Positions 9,970 through 21,222 are shown, numbered from the stretch's first letter. The stretch is 44,111 nt of DNA from Rubricella sp. (GCA_049600155.1 JBMYPI010000001.1:1-44111); one strand, 5' to 3'. Notes: generated by a model from the letters alone, not told the origin. Program-made: numbers and translations.

Positions 9970-12222
9970 CACCTTGCACGCGGCCATCAGGGCCATGTTC
10001 AGCACGTCGTTCACCGTTGCGGTGGTGGAGCAGATCTTTACCTGCCCTTCGATGCCGGTGAGAAGCGGCCCGATCACTGTCGCCCCGGCCATTTCCTGCA
10101 TCAGCTTCACGGAGATGCTCGCGGAGTGGCGCGCCGGCATCACGAGGATGTTCGCGGGGCCGGTCAGGCGGCAAAACGGGTAATGCTGGCGTGCCGTGTC
10201 GTTCAGCGCCACATCCACCGTCATCTCGCCGTCGAACTCGAAATCCACCCCGCGCGCTTCAAGCACACTGGGCGCGAGCGCCATCTTGCTGGCGCGTTCG
10301 GAAACCGGATAGCCGAAGGTCGAGAACGAACAGAAGGCGACGCGCGGCTCCAGCCCCAGCTTGCGCGCCACGTCCGCCGCCCGCTCCGCGATATTGGCAA
10401 GATCCTCCGCCTCGGGCCATTCGTGGACAAGCGTATCGGCGACGAGCACCATCCGCCCGCCATGGATCACCGCGGAGATGCCCACCGCGCCATCCTCGGC
10501 CCGTGCGTCGAAAACCTTGTTCACCTCGTCGATGACCTGGGCCGACTTTCGCGTCGCGCCCGTCACCATCCCATCGGCCATCCCCATCTTCACGAGGAGC
10601 GCCGCGAAGACATGCCTGTCCCGGCTCGCGAGGCGATAGCAATCGCGCTGGTCGTAGCCCTTTCGCTGAAGTCGCGAATAGAGGTAATCCGCCATCTCCT
10701 GAAGGTTCTCGACCGCGCCGGCATTGGTGATCTCCAGATCAGGAAGCGCATCCTCCAGCCCGGCGGCCTTGAGGAAACCGGCGACCTCGTCCTCCCGACC
10801 GACGACGACGGGCTGGCCGAGGCCGGAGCGCGCATAAGACACCGCCGCGCGCACGACCCGCTCGTCATCGCCTTCGGCGAAGACGATCCGGGCCTGTTCG
10901 GCCCGCGCCCACGCATTGAGCCCCTGCAAGATCGAGGCGGTGGGATCGAGGCGCGCCTTCAGCGTGTGCTCATAGCCATCCATGTCCACGATCGGGCGGC
11001 GGGCGACGCCCGTGCGCATCCCCGCCTGGGCGACGGCAGGTGGAACGGTGTAGATCAGGCGCGGATCGAAGGGCGTGGGGATGATGTAATCCCGCCCGAA
11101 GCTCAGCTTGCGGCCATAGGCCATGCCGACCTCGTCGGGCACATCCTCGCGTGCAAGGCTTGCCAGCGCCTCGGCACAGGCGATCTTCATCTCGTCGTTG
11201 ATGGCGCGCGCCTGGATATCGAGCGCCCCGCGGAACAGGTAGGGAAAGCCGAGAACGTTATTGACCTGGTTTGGATAGTCGGAGCGGCCCGTGGCGACGA
11301 TCGCGTCCTCCCGTATCTCATGCGCCTCTTCCGGGGTGATCTCGGGATCGGGGTTCGCCATGGCGAAGATGACGGGGTTGTCCGCCATGCTCGCGACCAT
11401 CTCGGGCGTGACCGCGCCCTTGACCGAGACGCCGAGGAACACATCCGCGCCCTTCATCGCTTCTTCAAGTGTCCGCAGATCGGTGGAAACGGCATGGGCC
11501 GATTTCCATTGGTTCATGCCCTCCTTCCGGCCCTGGTAGATCACGCCCTTCGTATCGCAGACGATGCAGTTCTCGTGCCGAGCGCCCATCGCCTTGAGAA
11601 GCTCGATGCAGGCGATCCCGGCCGCGCCAGCGCCGTTCAGGACGATCCGGCAATCCTCGATACTCTTCTTCGATAGGTGCAGGGCATTGATCAGCCCCGC
11701 GGCGCAGATCACCGCCGTTCCGTGCTGGTCATCGTGGAAGACGGGGATGTCCATCATCTCCTTGAGGCGATCCTCGATGATGAAGCATTCCGGCGCCTTG
11801 ATGTCTTCGAGGTTGATACCGCCAAAGGAAGGCCCCATCAGGCTCACCGCATTGATGAACGCATCCACGTCCTCGGTATCGAGTTCGAGGTCGATCGCGT
11901 TCACATCCGCGAATTTCTTGAAGAGGACGGCCTTGCCCTCCATGACGGGCTTTGACGCGAGCGCGCCGAGATTGCCCAGACCCAGGATCGCCGTGCCGTT
12001 CGAGATCACCGCGACCATGTTGCCCTTGGATGTGTAGTCATAGGCCGTCGCCGGATCGTCTGCGATGGCCTTCACCGGAACCGCAACACCGGGCGAGTAG
12101 GCGAGGCTCAGATCCCGCTGGGTCGTCATGGGGGTGGAGGCGCGCACCTCCAGCTTCCCCGGGTGCGGCTTGAGATGATAGGCGAGCGCCTCCTCATCGG
12201 TGATGCGGGTCTTGTCGGCCAT
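9964..12222 (-). CDS. maeB: NADP-dependent malic enzyme with phosphotransacetylase-like C-terminal domain
   Basis: LSLAYSPGVA, SKPVMEGK, INLEDI, FHDDQHGTA, GAGAAG, ATGRSDYPNQVNN; PTA-like IVFAEG..DGEM; GAGGA RBS before ATG 12222. Confidence 0.96.
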   Translation of the reverse strand: MADKTRITDEEALAYHLKPHPGKLEVRASTPMTTQRDLSLAYSPGVAVPVKAIADDPATAYDYTSKGNMVAVISNGTAILGLGNLGALASKPVMEGKAVLFKKFADVNAIDLELDTEDVDAFINAVSLMGPSFGGINLEDIKAPECFIIEDRLKEMMDIPVFHDDQHGTAVICAAGLINALHLSKKSIEDCRIVLNGAGAAGIACIELLKAMGARHENCIVCDTKGVIYQGRKEGMNQWKSAHAVSTDLRTLEEAMKGADVFLGVSVKGAVTPEMVASMADNPVIFAMANPDPEITPEEAHEIREDAIVATGRSDYPNQVNNVLGFPYLFRGALDIQARAINDEMKIACAEALASLAREDVPDEVGMAYGRKLSFGRDYIIPTPFDPRLIYTVPPAVAQAGMRTGVARRPIVDMDGYEHTLKARLDPTASILQGLNAWARAEQARIVFAEGDDERVVRAAVSYARSGLGQPVVVGREDEVAGFLKAAGLEDALPDLEITNAGAVENLQEMADYLYSRLQRKGYDQRDCYRLASRDRHVFAALLVKMGMADGMVTGATRKSAQVIDEVNKVFDARAEDGAVGISAVIHGGRMVLVADTLVHEWPEAEDLANIAERAADVARKLGLEPRVAFCSFSTFGYPVSERASKMALAPSVLEARGVDFEFDGEMTVDVALNDTARQHYPFCRLTGPANILVMPARHSASISVKLMQEMAGATVIGPLLTGIEGQVKICSTTATVNDVLNMALMAACKVG

Positions 12223-12356
12223 TATGAACGTTTCCTCGGTGTTTCGGACCGGGGTAACGGGTGTTTCGTCCCACGACAACAACGACACTCCCACTGCGGC
12301 ACTTTTCGCCCCCGGCTCACGGCGCTAGACAGGGGCGGGAGCAGCGGGAGGCAGGC

Positions 12357-14990
12357 TTGAGCGAGACCGTCACGCCGATGATGGCGCAGTATCTGGAGAT
12401 CAAGGCGCAGCATCCCGACGCGCTCCTGTTCTACCGGATGGGCGACTTCTACGAGCTGTTCTTCGAGGATGCGGAGGCAGCAGCAGCCGCGCTCGATATC
12501 GCGCTGACGAAACGCGGAAAGCATCTGGGGCGCGACATAGCGATGTGCGGCGTGCCCCATCATGCCGCTGAAAGCTATCTCCTGACCCTGATCCGCAAGG
12601 GCTTTCGCGTCGCCGTGGCTGAACAGATGGAAAGCCCGGCGGAGGCGAAGAAGCGTGGCTACAAGGCCGTGGTGAAGCGCGACGTTGTGCGCCTCGTCAC
12701 GCCCGGAACCCTGACCGAAGACACGCTTCTGGACGCGCGGCGACACAACTTCCTTGCGAGTTGGGGAGAAGTCCGGGGCGAGGGCGCCTTCGCGTGGCTT
12801 GACGTGTCCACGGGCGACTTCCATGTCGCGCCCTGCGCGCGCATCGCGCTGGGGCCAATGCTCGCAAGGATCATGCCGCGGGAGGTTCTTCTGTCGGAGG
12901 AGGATCCGGGCCTTCGTTCGGTGATCGAGGATGCGGGTGGGACGGTGACCATCCTCAGCCCGTCGAGCTTCGACAGCGAAGGTGCGCGCAAGCGGCTCAC
13001 CGCACTCTACGGGACTGCCGATCTCGAACCCTTCGGAACCTTCGCGCGCAACGAGATCGGCGCGATGGGCGCGCTGATCGATTATGTGGAGATCACCCAG
13101 AAGGGTCGCCTCCCGCTCATCCGTCCGCCCGTGCGAGAGGAAGCGGGTGGCGCGATGCGGATCGACGCAGCGACACGCCGGAACCTGGAGCTGACCCATG
13201 CCCTTTCGGGAGGGCGTGAGGGGTCGCTTCTCCACGCAATCGACAGGACGGTGACAGGGGCGGGCGCCCGGCTTGTCGAAACACGGCTTTGCGCACCCTC
13301 GACATCGCTCGATACGATCCTCGCGCGGCAGGCTGCCGTGACGGCCTTCGTCGAGGATCGGCTGCTCGCGCAGGATCTTCGCGCGGCCTTGCGCAAGACG
13401 CCCGACATGGAGCGGGCGATGAACCGCCTCGCGCTCGATCGCGGCGGGCCGCGAGATCTCGCCGCGATCAGGGATGGGTTGGCGCAGGCAGGCAGGATCG
13501 CTGGTCGGCTGGCGGGCGACTTGCCCGAGCAGGTCACGGCTGCCGCAGCGCGCCTCACGGGTCACGAAACGCTTGCATCCCTTCTGGATCGGGCGCTGGT
13601 CGCCGAGCCGCCCCTCCTTGCCCGCGATGGCGGCTTCACGGCAAAGGGCTACGATACCGAGCTCGACGAGTTGCGCACCCTGCGGGACGAAGGGCGCTCC
13701 GTCATCGCCGCGATGCAGGCCGAGTATCAGGCGGCGACGGGCGTCTCATCCCTCAAGGTGAAGCACAACAACGTGCTGGGCTATTTCATCGAGACGACGG
13801 CGACCCACGCCGAGAAGATGATGTCCCCGCCGCTGAACGAGACATTCATCCATCGGCAAACCACCGCGAACCAGGTCCGCTTCACCACGGTGAAGCTCTC
13901 GGAGATGGAGACCAGAATCCTCAACGCGGGCGGTGCGGCGCTGGAGGTCGAGAAACGGGTCTTCGAAGCCCTGCTGCAAGCGGTGCTCGAAGCGTCCGCC
14001 GCCATCGGGCAGGCGGCAAAGGCGCTGGCGGAACTCGACGTCGCCTCCGCTCTCGCCGAAATCGCAGTCGAAGGGGATTGGACGGCACCACACCTCGACG
14101 GATCGACGGCTTTCGCGGTGGAGGGTGGGCGGCATCCGGTGGTGGAGCGCGCGTTGCGGCGGGCGGGGGAGAGCTTCGTCGCCAACGATTGCGATCTCTC
14201 GGGCGGCGAGGGGCCGCGCATCCGGCTGCTGACCGGGCCGAACATGGCCGGGAAATCGACCTATCTGCGCCAGAACGCGCTCATTGCACTGCTTGCCCAG
14301 ACGGGGGCGTATGTTCCCGCCGCACGCGCCGAGATCGGCATCGTCGATCAGCTTTTCAGCCGTGTCGGGGCGGCGGACGATCTGGCGCGGGGCCGGTCGA
14401 CCTTCATGGTCGAGATGGTCGAAACGGCGGCGATCCTGAACCAGGCCGGTGAGCGGGCGCTGGTGATCCTCGACGAGATCGGGCGGGGAACGGCGACCTA
14501 CGACGGTCTTTCGATCGCCTGGGCGACTCTGGAGCACCTGCATGACGCGAACCGCTGCCGCGCGCTGTTCGCCACCCACTACCACGAACTGACTGCACTG
14601 GCCGGGCGGCTCGAAGGGCTGGCGAACGCGACGGTCGCGGTTCGTGAATGGGAAGGCGAGGTCATCTTCCTCCACGAGGTGCGGGACGGCGCCGCGGATC
14701 GCTCCTACGGGGTGCAGGTCGGCAAGCTTGCGGGCCTGCCCAGCGCAGTCGTGGATCGCGCGCGGGAAGTGCTGAACGCGCTCGAGGAAGGGGACAGGGA
14801 ACAGGGCGGCAAGGCGAAGGCGCTGATCGACGATCTGCCCCTGTTTTCCGCGACACCCACGCAGCCAGCCGCCCCACAGAGAGGCCCTTCACGGGTAGAG
14901 GAAAGGCTCGCCGATGTCCTTCCGGACACGCTCAGCCCGCGGGAGGCGCTCGACCTCCTCTATGAACTCAAGGCCCTTTCGGATCGTTGA
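12357..14990 (+). CDS. mutS: DNA mismatch repair protein MutS
   Basis: TPMMAQY, RMGDFYELF, TGPNMAGKST, DEIGRGT, ATHYHEL, SYGVQV, clamp-motif-like DDLPLF; TTG start at 12357 after GGGAGG. Confidence 0.97.
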   Translation: MSETVTPMMAQYLEIKAQHPDALLFYRMGDFYELFFEDAEAAAAALDIALTKRGKHLGRDIAMCGVPHHAAESYLLTLIRKGFRVAVAEQMESPAEAKKRGYKAVVKRDVVRLVTPGTLTEDTLLDARRHNFLASWGEVRGEGAFAWLDVSTGDFHVAPCARIALGPMLARIMPREVLLSEEDPGLRSVIEDAGGTVTILSPSSFDSEGARKRLTALYGTADLEPFGTFARNEIGAMGALIDYVEITQKGRLPLIRPPVREEAGGAMRIDAATRRNLELTHALSGGREGSLLHAIDRTVTGAGARLVETRLCAPSTSLDTILARQAAVTAFVEDRLLAQDLRAALRKTPDMERAMNRLALDRGGPRDLAAIRDGLAQAGRIAGRLAGDLPEQVTAAAARLTGHETLASLLDRALVAEPPLLARDGGFTAKGYDTELDELRTLRDEGRSVIAAMQAEYQAATGVSSLKVKHNNVLGYFIETTATHAEKMMSPPLNETFIHRQTTANQVRFTTVKLSEMETRILNAGGAALEVEKRVFEALLQAVLEASAAIGQAAKALAELDVASALAEIAVEGDWTAPHLDGSTAFAVEGGRHPVVERALRRAGESFVANDCDLSGGEGPRIRLLTGPNMAGKSTYLRQNALIALLAQTGAYVPAARAEIGIVDQLFSRVGAADDLARGRSTFMVEMVETAAILNQAGERALVILDEIGRGTATYDGLSIAWATLEHLHDANRCRALFATHYHELTALAGRLEGLANATVAVREWEGEVIFLHEVRDGAADRSYGVQVGKLAGLPSAVVDRAREVLNALEEGDREQGGKAKALIDDLPLFSATPTQPAAPQRGPSRVEERLADVLPDTLSPREALDLLYELKALSDR

Positions 14991-15018
14991 GAGCGCGCGC
15001 TAGCGTGCGATCCGGCAC

Positions 15019-15627
15019 TCAGTAAAGCGTGGTTCTGTAGCGTTCGGTCATCGCGGCATCGCTCTCGATCGGGTCGTCCCGGTCGCCATGCGCATTCATG
15101 ATCTCGCTCATGGTCGCGATGGGGCGCTCCTTCAACCAGCCGGCGGGCTCCCAGAGGCCGGAGCGCAAGGCCGATTTCGCGCAATGCATGTAGGCGATAT
15201 CCACAGTGATCCGCAGGACCGTTATTGCCGGCCTGCCGTTCACGGCAAACCGGGCATTGAGAGCCTCATCCGAGACGATTTCGGCGCGACCTCGTATCCG
15301 CAACGTCTCCCGGATGCCCGGGATCAGGAAGATCAGGCCGATCCGCGGGTCGCCAAGAAGATTAGTGAGGGAGTCGAGCCGGTTGTTTCCCGGCCTGTCT
15401 GGAAGGAGCAGTGTTCTGTCATCCTCCACGACAACGAAACCGGATGCATCGCCCCGCGGTGTCACGTCGATTCCGCCGGGGCCGATGGTCGACAACATCA
15501 GGTAGGGCGAAGCCGCGATGAAATCCCGGCAATGCTGATCGAGCGCCGTGATCTCCTTGGTGACGGAACGGCCCAGCTTCTCGCCATAGAGCGCGCGGAG
15601 GCTGGTCTCGTCCCGTATAACGGTCAT
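15019..15627 (-). CDS. Pyridoxamine 5'-phosphate oxidase-like FMN-binding protein (MSMEG_1061-like)
   Basis: DVTPRGD..GFV, LPDRPGNNRLDSLTNL, ETLRIRG, YMHCAKSALRSGLW. Confidence 0.85.
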   Translation of the reverse strand: MTVIRDETSLRALYGEKLGRSVTKEITALDQHCRDFIAASPYLMLSTIGPGGIDVTPRGDASGFVVVEDDRTLLLPDRPGNNRLDSLTNLLGDPRIGLIFLIPGIRETLRIRGRAEIVSDEALNARFAVNGRPAITVLRITVDIAYMHCAKSALRSGLWEPAGWLKERPIATMSEIMNAHGDRDDPIESDAAMTERYRTTLY

Positions 15628-15629
15628 GG

Positions 15630-16205
15630 TCAGGTCTTCGTCCCGGCGGCCACGCCGACTTGCGCTGGGCGAAGCAGGCGGCCGGAAATGGTGAAGCCCT
15701 CGGCCATCACCTGGATCACGGTGCCCGGCTCCGCGCCGGGAAGGGGTGCCTCGAACATCGCCTGATGCAACTTGGGATCGAACTTCTCGCCATTCCCGGG
15801 CGCGATACGTTCGATCTTGTGCTTCGCGAAGACGTTCAGCAGTTCCTTCTTGGTCAGCTCGATCCCTTCGATGACGGACGCGGCGATGTCGCGCTGTTCA
15901 TCGGTGATCGCGGCGATGGCGCGGTCGAGGTTGTCGTAGACGGGCAGAAGATCGCGCGCGAGGCGGCTACCGCCATAGGCTTCGGCATCGCGTCGTTCGC
16001 GATCGGCACGTTTGCGCAGGTTCTCCATCTCGGCGAAGGCGCGAAGAAGCTTGTCCTGCAAGAGATCCCGTTCCTCTTCCAGCGCCAGTATCGGATCCGC
16101 CTCGTCCTCGAACCCTTCGGACAGTTCCTCGGGGACGGCATCATCGGACTGTTCCGGTTCGGCTGCCGGTTCTTCCTCTTCGATGGGCTTCTCGTTCTCG
16201 TTCAT
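15630..16205 (-). CDS. grpE: Nucleotide exchange factor GrpE
   Basis: LRAFAEMENLRKR, LLPVYDNLDRA, FDPKLHQAM, RLLRPAQVGV. Confidence 0.97.
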   Translation of the reverse strand: MNENEKPIEEEEPAAEPEQSDDAVPEELSEGFEDEADPILALEEERDLLQDKLLRAFAEMENLRKRADRERRDAEAYGGSRLARDLLPVYDNLDRAIAAITDEQRDIAASVIEGIELTKKELLNVFAKHKIERIAPGNGEKFDPKLHQAMFEAPLPGAEPGTVIQVMAEGFTISGRLLRPAQVGVAAGTKT

Positions 16206-16218
16206 GCGGTTCTCACGG

Positions 16219-17292
16219 TCATTTGCTGAGCGCTCGTTCGGACACGACCCGCCCGATCATCTGCGCCGTATAGTTCACGATGGGCACGATCCGCCCGTAG
16301 TTCAGCCGGGTAGGGCCGATCACGCCGATGGCCCCCACGATCTTCCGGTCGCCGTTCATATACGGAGACACGACCAGAGATGAACCCGTAAGCGAAAAAA
16401 GCTTGTTCTCCGAACCGATGAACACACGGACGCCTTCGCCGGACTCGGTCAACCGAAGCAGCTGGGCGAGGTCGCGCTTGCGCTCGAGGTCATCGAAGAG
16501 GCTCCGGATGCGTTCGAGGTCGAGTTCGGCTTCCGTCTGGTCGATCAGGTGCGAGGTGCCGCGCACGATCAACCTGTCGGAGCCGTCCGTCTCCTCACCC
16601 CATTGCGCGACACCCGCCTCGATCAGCCGCGCGGCAACGGTATCGAGTTCACGGCGGCGTTTCTCGATCTCCTGGGTGACGATGCCGCGCGCCTGGGACA
16701 GGGTCCGGCCTTCAAGAACGGTGTTGAGGAAGTTGGCCGCTTCCCGCATCGCCGAAGGCGTCAGCCCCGGGGGCGGGGTCAGGATGCGGTTCTCGACCTG
16801 CCCATCGGCCGTGACCAGCACGACAAGCGCCCGATCGGGCGACAGGCTGATGAACTCGATATGCTTGATGGGCGCTTCGATATTGGGCGAGAGGATCAGA
16901 GAGGCGCCGTTCGTGAGCATCGAGAGCATCGAGCCGGCACGGTCGAGAACCCCGGCGATATCGCCATCGGTGTCCCCGAGGTTCCGCTCGATCTCGGACC
17001 GTTCCTCACCTGCAAGATCCTGATGCTCGAGGAACCCATCCACGAAGAACCGCAGTCCCAGTTCGGTCGGGATACGCCCGGCGCTGATATGGGGGCTGCC
17101 GAGCAGGCCGAGATGCTCCAGATCCTGCATGACGTTGCGGATCGTGGCCGGGGAGACGCGTTCCTCCAGGGTGCGCGACAGGGTCCGTGATCCCACGGGA
17201 TCACCGGTATCTAGATAGGTCTCGACCAGCCTCCGGAAGACAGCCCGGGCCCGGTCGTTCAGATCGGCAAACGACGCTTCGCGGTCGATCAT
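16219..17292 (-). CDS. hrcA: Heat-inducible transcription repressor HrcA
   Basis: PVGSRTLS, SPATIRNVMQDLE, PHISAGRIPT, GVIGPTRLNY. ATG 17292 is preferred over ATG 17313, which abuts the -10 element. Confidence 0.97.
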   Translation of the reverse strand: MIDREASFADLNDRARAVFRRLVETYLDTGDPVGSRTLSRTLEERVSPATIRNVMQDLEHLGLLGSPHISAGRIPTELGLRFFVDGFLEHQDLAGEERSEIERNLGDTDGDIAGVLDRAGSMLSMLTNGASLILSPNIEAPIKHIEFISLSPDRALVVLVTADGQVENRILTPPPGLTPSAMREAANFLNTVLEGRTLSQARGIVTQEIEKRRRELDTVAARLIEAGVAQWGEETDGSDRLIVRGTSHLIDQTEAELDLERIRSLFDDLERKRDLAQLLRLTESGEGVRVFIGSENKLFSLTGSSLVVSPYMNGDRKIVGAIGVIGPTRLNYGRIVPIVNYTAQMIGRVVSERALSK

Positions 17293-17314
17293 CCCTCTAC
17301 CCTCCAAGTCCATG

Positions 17315-17342
17315 ATCTAAGATCGGGAAACCGGGTGGTCAA
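17315..17342 (-). promoter_or_regulatory. Putative RpoH-type promoter of hrcA-grpE
   Basis: Minus strand TTG-N18-CTTAGAT. Confidence 0.6.
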
Positions 17343-17422
17343 TCGCGCGCGCAGGGTTCTGGATAAAGCGGCCACACCACGATAGGAGGGGCGCGCGATT
17401 GCACCAATTCTGGAGAGAACCC

Positions 17423-18142
17423 ATGCGCCCATCCGGCCGCGCCGCCGACAGCCTCCGACCCGTTTCCATCGAGACTGGTGTGACGAAACATGCCGAGGGC
17501 TCGTGCCTCATCAGGATGGGGGATACCCATGTTCTGTGCACAGCGAGCGTGGAAGAGAACGTCCCTCCCTTCCTGCGCAAGACCGGGCTCGGCTGGGTCA
17601 CGGCGGAATACGGGATGCTGCCGCGCGCGACGACGACGCGGAACCGGCGTGAGGCTGCGGCTGGCAAGCAGCAGGGGCGCACGGTCGAGATCCAGCGGCT
17701 GATCGGCCGATCCCTGCGCGCGGGCATCGATCGCGTCGCGCTCGGGGAGCGGCAGATCACCGTCGATTGCGATGTCATCCAGGCCGATGGCGGCACGCGC
17801 TGCGCGGCGATCACCGGGGGCTGGGTCGCGCTGAGGCTCGCCGTCGACACGCTCCTGAAATCCGGCACCATCTCCAACGATCCGCTCACGGGGCACGTCG
17901 CTGCGGTCAGTTGCGGTATTTGGGGAGGGCTTCCCGTCCTCGATCTCGACTACGCGGAAGACAGCCAGGCCGGAACGGACGCCAATTTCGTCATGACGGA
18001 CAAGGGTGGGATGATCGAGGTGCAGGGATCGGCGGAAGGCGCGACCTTCAGCAGGGCCGAACTCGACACGCTTTGCGATCTTGCCGTGAAGGGGATCAAC
18101 GAACTCGTCGCGGCACAGAAGGCCGCCGTGGGGGCTGAATGA
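17423..18142 (+). CDS. rph: Ribonuclease PH
   Basis: [52 protein letters not shown]. Confidence 0.97.
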   Translation: MRPSGRAADSLRPVSIETGVTKHAEGSCLIRMGDTHVLCTASVEENVPPFLRKTGLGWVTAEYGMLPRATTTRNRREAAAGKQQGRTVEIQRLIGRSLRAGIDRVALGERQITVDCDVIQADGGTRCAAITGGWVALRLAVDTLLKSGTISNDPLTGHVAAVSCGIWGGLPVLDLDYAEDSQAGTDANFVMTDKGGMIEVQGSAEGATFSRAELDTLCDLAVKGINELVAAQKAAVGAE

Positions 18143-18765
18143 CTTCTGTGAAGCGCGGGATCGGGCGGGGTGAAACCCTTGTCCTTGCCTCGCATAATGC
18201 GGGAAAGCTTCGCGAAATCAGTGCTTTGCTCGAGCCCTTCGGCATCACTGTCAAATCGGCTGCCGAATTCGGGCTGACCGAACCCGAAGAAACCGAAGAA
18301 ACGTTTGCAGGCAATGCCCGGATCAAGGCACACCATGCCGCCCGGGAAACGGGCCTCCCGGCATTGAGCGACGACTCCGGCATCGAAGTCGATGCGCTCG
18401 ACGGTCAGCCGGGTGTTCATACCGCCGATTGGGCCGAGACCGGCGCGGGGCGCGATTTCCTCATCGCGATGACCCGAACGTGGGAGATGCTCGAAGAGCG
18501 GAATGCGCCTGAGCCGCGCACGGCCCGTTTCGTCTGCACACTCTGCCTCGCATGGCCGGATGGACATGACGAGATCTTCCGGGGCGAAGCACCCGGTCGC
18601 ATCGTGTGGCCGCCGCGCGGAGAGCAGGGGTTCGGCTACGACCCGGTGTTCGTTCGCGATGGCGAAGACCGGACGTTCGGCGAAATGCCCTATGAGGAGA
18701 AGGAGCCGCTCTCCCACCGTTCGGCGGCGTTCCGCCTTCTTGTCGAGGCCTGCCTTGAGCGGTGA
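18139..18765 (+). CDS. rdgB: dITP/XTP pyrophosphatase (RdgB/HAM1)
   Basis: [25 protein letters not shown]; ATGA overlap with rph. Confidence 0.95.
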   Translation: MTSVKRGIGRGETLVLASHNAGKLREISALLEPFGITVKSAAEFGLTEPEETEETFAGNARIKAHHAARETGLPALSDDSGIEVDALDGQPGVHTADWAETGAGRDFLIAMTRTWEMLEERNAPEPRTARFVCTLCLAWPDGHDEIFRGEAPGRIVWPPRGEQGFGYDPVFVRDGEDRTFGEMPYEEKEPLSHRSAAFRLLVEACLER

Positions 18766-19906
18766 GCCGGAACGGTTCGGCGTCTATGTTCATTGGCCGT
18801 TCTGCCAGGCCAAATGCCCATACTGCGATTTCAACAGCCACGTCTCGTCCCGTGTGGATCACGCGCGCTGGCGCGCGGCCTTTTCCCGGGATATCGCCAA
18901 AACGGCAGCGTCGATCGGCCCGCGCAGAACCGCGACTGTCTTCTTCGGCGGCGGCACACCCAGCCTTATGGAACCCGAAACGGTGGCCCATGTCCTGCGC
19001 GAAATCGACAGGCATTGGCCGCTGAAGCCCACGGCCGAGGTCACGCTCGAAGCCAATCCCACGAGTGTGGAGGCCGGGCGCTTCAGCGCATTTCGGGAAG
19101 CCGGGATCAATCGGGTTTCCATGGGCGTGCAATCGCTGCGCGATCCCGATCTCAGGCGGCTGGGGCGGATGCACAGCGCGGCGGACGCGCGCGCGGCCTT
19201 CGATATCGCGCGACGGGAGTTCGACCGTGTCAGCTTCGATCTGATCTATGCGCGTCAGGATCAGACGGTAGAGGATTGGCGGGCCGAACTTGAAGAAGCC
19301 ACGGCCATGGCCGTCGATCACCTTTCGCTATACCAATTGACGATAGAGGCCGGGACCCGGTTCGGAGAGATGTACGACAGGGGGATGCTGAAGGGCCTCC
19401 CTGATGGCGACACGTCATCGCAACTCTATGAAATCACGAATGAATTTCTCGGTGCAAGGGGAATGCCGGCCTACGAGATCTCAAACCATGCGCGCCCGGG
19501 CGCGGAGAGCCGGCACAACCTGGTCTATTGGCGCTACGAGGAATACGCCGGGATCGGACCGGGCGCGCACGGGCGGATCATGGTTGACGGCCAGCGCCAC
19601 GCCACGGAGACGGCGCTCCACCCGGAGGCGTGGCTCGCAAGGGTCGAGCAGACCGGCAGTGGCGAAACGCTGCGCGTGCCGCTCGATGCAGCCGATCAGG
19701 GCATCGAGTATCTCCTGATGAGCCTCAGACTCGCTGAAGGCAGTGATCCGGCTCGCTACGAACGGCTTTCAGGCACGAGACTGGACCCGTCGCGGATGCA
19801 GCCCCTTCTCGATGACGGCTTCCTCGTGTTGGAGCAAGGGCGCTTGCGGGCAACGGAAAAGGGGAGACCAGTGCTCAACCGCGTTCTTGCCGAGCTCATC
19901 GGTTGA
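18755..19906 (+). CDS. hemW: Radical SAM family heme chaperone HemW
   Basis: [18 protein letters not shown] (CxxxCxxC), [23 protein letters not shown]; TTG start overlapping the rdgB end; conserved rph-rdgB-hemW order. Confidence 0.93.
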   Translation: MSGEPERFGVYVHWPFCQAKCPYCDFNSHVSSRVDHARWRAAFSRDIAKTAASIGPRRTATVFFGGGTPSLMEPETVAHVLREIDRHWPLKPTAEVTLEANPTSVEAGRFSAFREAGINRVSMGVQSLRDPDLRRLGRMHSAADARAAFDIARREFDRVSFDLIYARQDQTVEDWRAELEEATAMAVDHLSLYQLTIEAGTRFGEMYDRGMLKGLPDGDTSSQLYEITNEFLGARGMPAYEISNHARPGAESRHNLVYWRYEEYAGIGPGAHGRIMVDGQRHATETALHPEAWLARVEQTGSGETLRVPLDAADQGIEYLLMSLRLAEGSDPARYERLSGTRLDPSRMQPLLDDGFLVLEQGRLRATEKGRPVLNRVLAELIG

Positions 19907-19942
19907 TCTCGCAACACCTGCAATGCGCGCTAGATTGGGCGC

Positions 19943-20311
19943 ATGCTCCGGACGATCTGGTTCCTGCTAGGACTTCTGTCCCTCGGATTGGGGATGCTCG
20001 GCGCAGCGTTGCCGCTGCTGCCGACCGTGCCGTTCATACTCCTGGCGGCGTTCTTCTTCTCCCGATCATCTGAAGCCTGGCATAACTGGCTGATAAATCA
20101 CGGTATTTTCGGTCCAATGATCAGTGATTGGAATGAACATCGTGCGATCTCGCGGCGCGTGAAGGGGATCGCCACCGGGACGATCATGGGCGTCTGGATC
20201 TTCAGCCTGACAGTCGGCGTCAGCCCGGCCATCCTCGCGGTTCAGGCAATCGTTCTGTGTTTCGTGCTGCTGTTCATCTGGACCCGGGCGGAAGGCCCGC
20301 CGATAGGCTGA
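19943..20311 (+). CDS. ybaN: YbaN (DUF454) inner membrane protein
   Basis: LPLLPTVPFILLA..FSRSS..WL..H..FGPMI.DW motif; hydrophobic helices. Confidence 0.88.
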   Translation: MLRTIWFLLGLLSLGLGMLGAALPLLPTVPFILLAAFFFSRSSEAWHNWLINHGIFGPMISDWNEHRAISRRVKGIATGTIMGVWIFSLTVGVSPAILAVQAIVLCFVLLFIWTRAEGPPIG

Positions 20312-21202
20312 TCACTTGCTGAGAAGCTGACAAAGCCCATCAAGCTCATCAAGCGATGTGTAGCGGATACGCAGTTCGCCCGACCCGCTGGATTTGTGAT
20401 CGATCGATACCTTGAGCCTCAGATTGGCGGTCAGATCGGCTTCCAGCGCACGGGTATCGGCATCCTTGGCGGGGTGTTTACCGGACCTGTCCACCGGGCG
20501 ACCGGGAAGGGGTGCCTTGGCAAGCGCCTCCGTCTGACGCACGGACAGCCCCTTGTCGATCACGATCCGCGCAAGGGCTTCGGGCTCCGGGCTCGTCACG
20601 AGGGCACGGGCGTGGCCCGCGGTGAGCCTGCCGGCGGTGATATGGTCCAGAACGCTGTCGGGGAGCGTGAGAAGGCGAAGCAGGTTGGCGATGTGAGATC
20701 GGCTTTTCCCAAGACCCTCCGCCAGTTTTTCCTGCGTATGGCCGAATTTCTCCATCAGCTGGCGAAAGGCCCGCGCCTCCTCGACGGGATTGAGATCGGC
20801 CCGCTGGATATTCTCGATGATCGCGATCTCGAGAACAGTCGCATCGTCCAGTTCGCGCACGATTGCCGGCAACTCGTGCAGCTTGGCCTTCTGGGCCGCA
20901 CGCCAACGCCGCTCCCCCGCGACGATCTGGAACCGGCCGGCGCCGGATGGATCAGGCCGAAGGATCAGCGGTTGCAGGACACCGCGCTCACGAATCGACG
21001 ATGCGAGCTCATCGAGTTCGGCTTCGGCGAAATGGCGTCGCGGCTGATCGGGATTCGGGGCAATCTTCTCGATCGGGATCTGGCGCAGATCCTTGCGCGG
21101 CGCGCTGTCTTCTCCTGCCTGTTGTGCCTCCGGTTCGGCCACATCGGCCAGAAGCGCGGAGAGACCACGCCCAAGACCCTTCTTTTCTGCTTTTCTTGCC
21201 AT
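20312..21202 (-). CDS. parB: Chromosome partitioning protein ParB
   Basis: N-terminal GLGRGLSALL, NPDQPRR, GERRWRA, ENIQRADL, HTH (TQEKLA..KSRSHIANLLRL). Confidence 0.98.
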   Translation of the reverse strand: MARKAEKKGLGRGLSALLADVAEPEAQQAGEDSAPRKDLRQIPIEKIAPNPDQPRRHFAEAELDELASSIRERGVLQPLILRPDPSGAGRFQIVAGERRWRAAQKAKLHELPAIVRELDDATVLEIAIIENIQRADLNPVEEARAFRQLMEKFGHTQEKLAEGLGKSRSHIANLLRLLTLPDSVLDHITAGRLTAGHARALVTSPEPEALARIVIDKGLSVRQTEALAKAPLPGRPVDRSGKHPAKDADTRALEADLTANLRLKVSIDHKSSGSGELRIRYTSLDELDGLCQLLSK

Positions 21203-21222
21203 GTCGTCCTGCTGCGCCCCTG

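Noticed and set aside
9826-11676. Long opposite-strand ORFs over maeB (likewise over mnmE, parA, rho and the SBP gene)
   Set aside because: Shadow ORFs of clearly identified genes, with no recognisable motifs.
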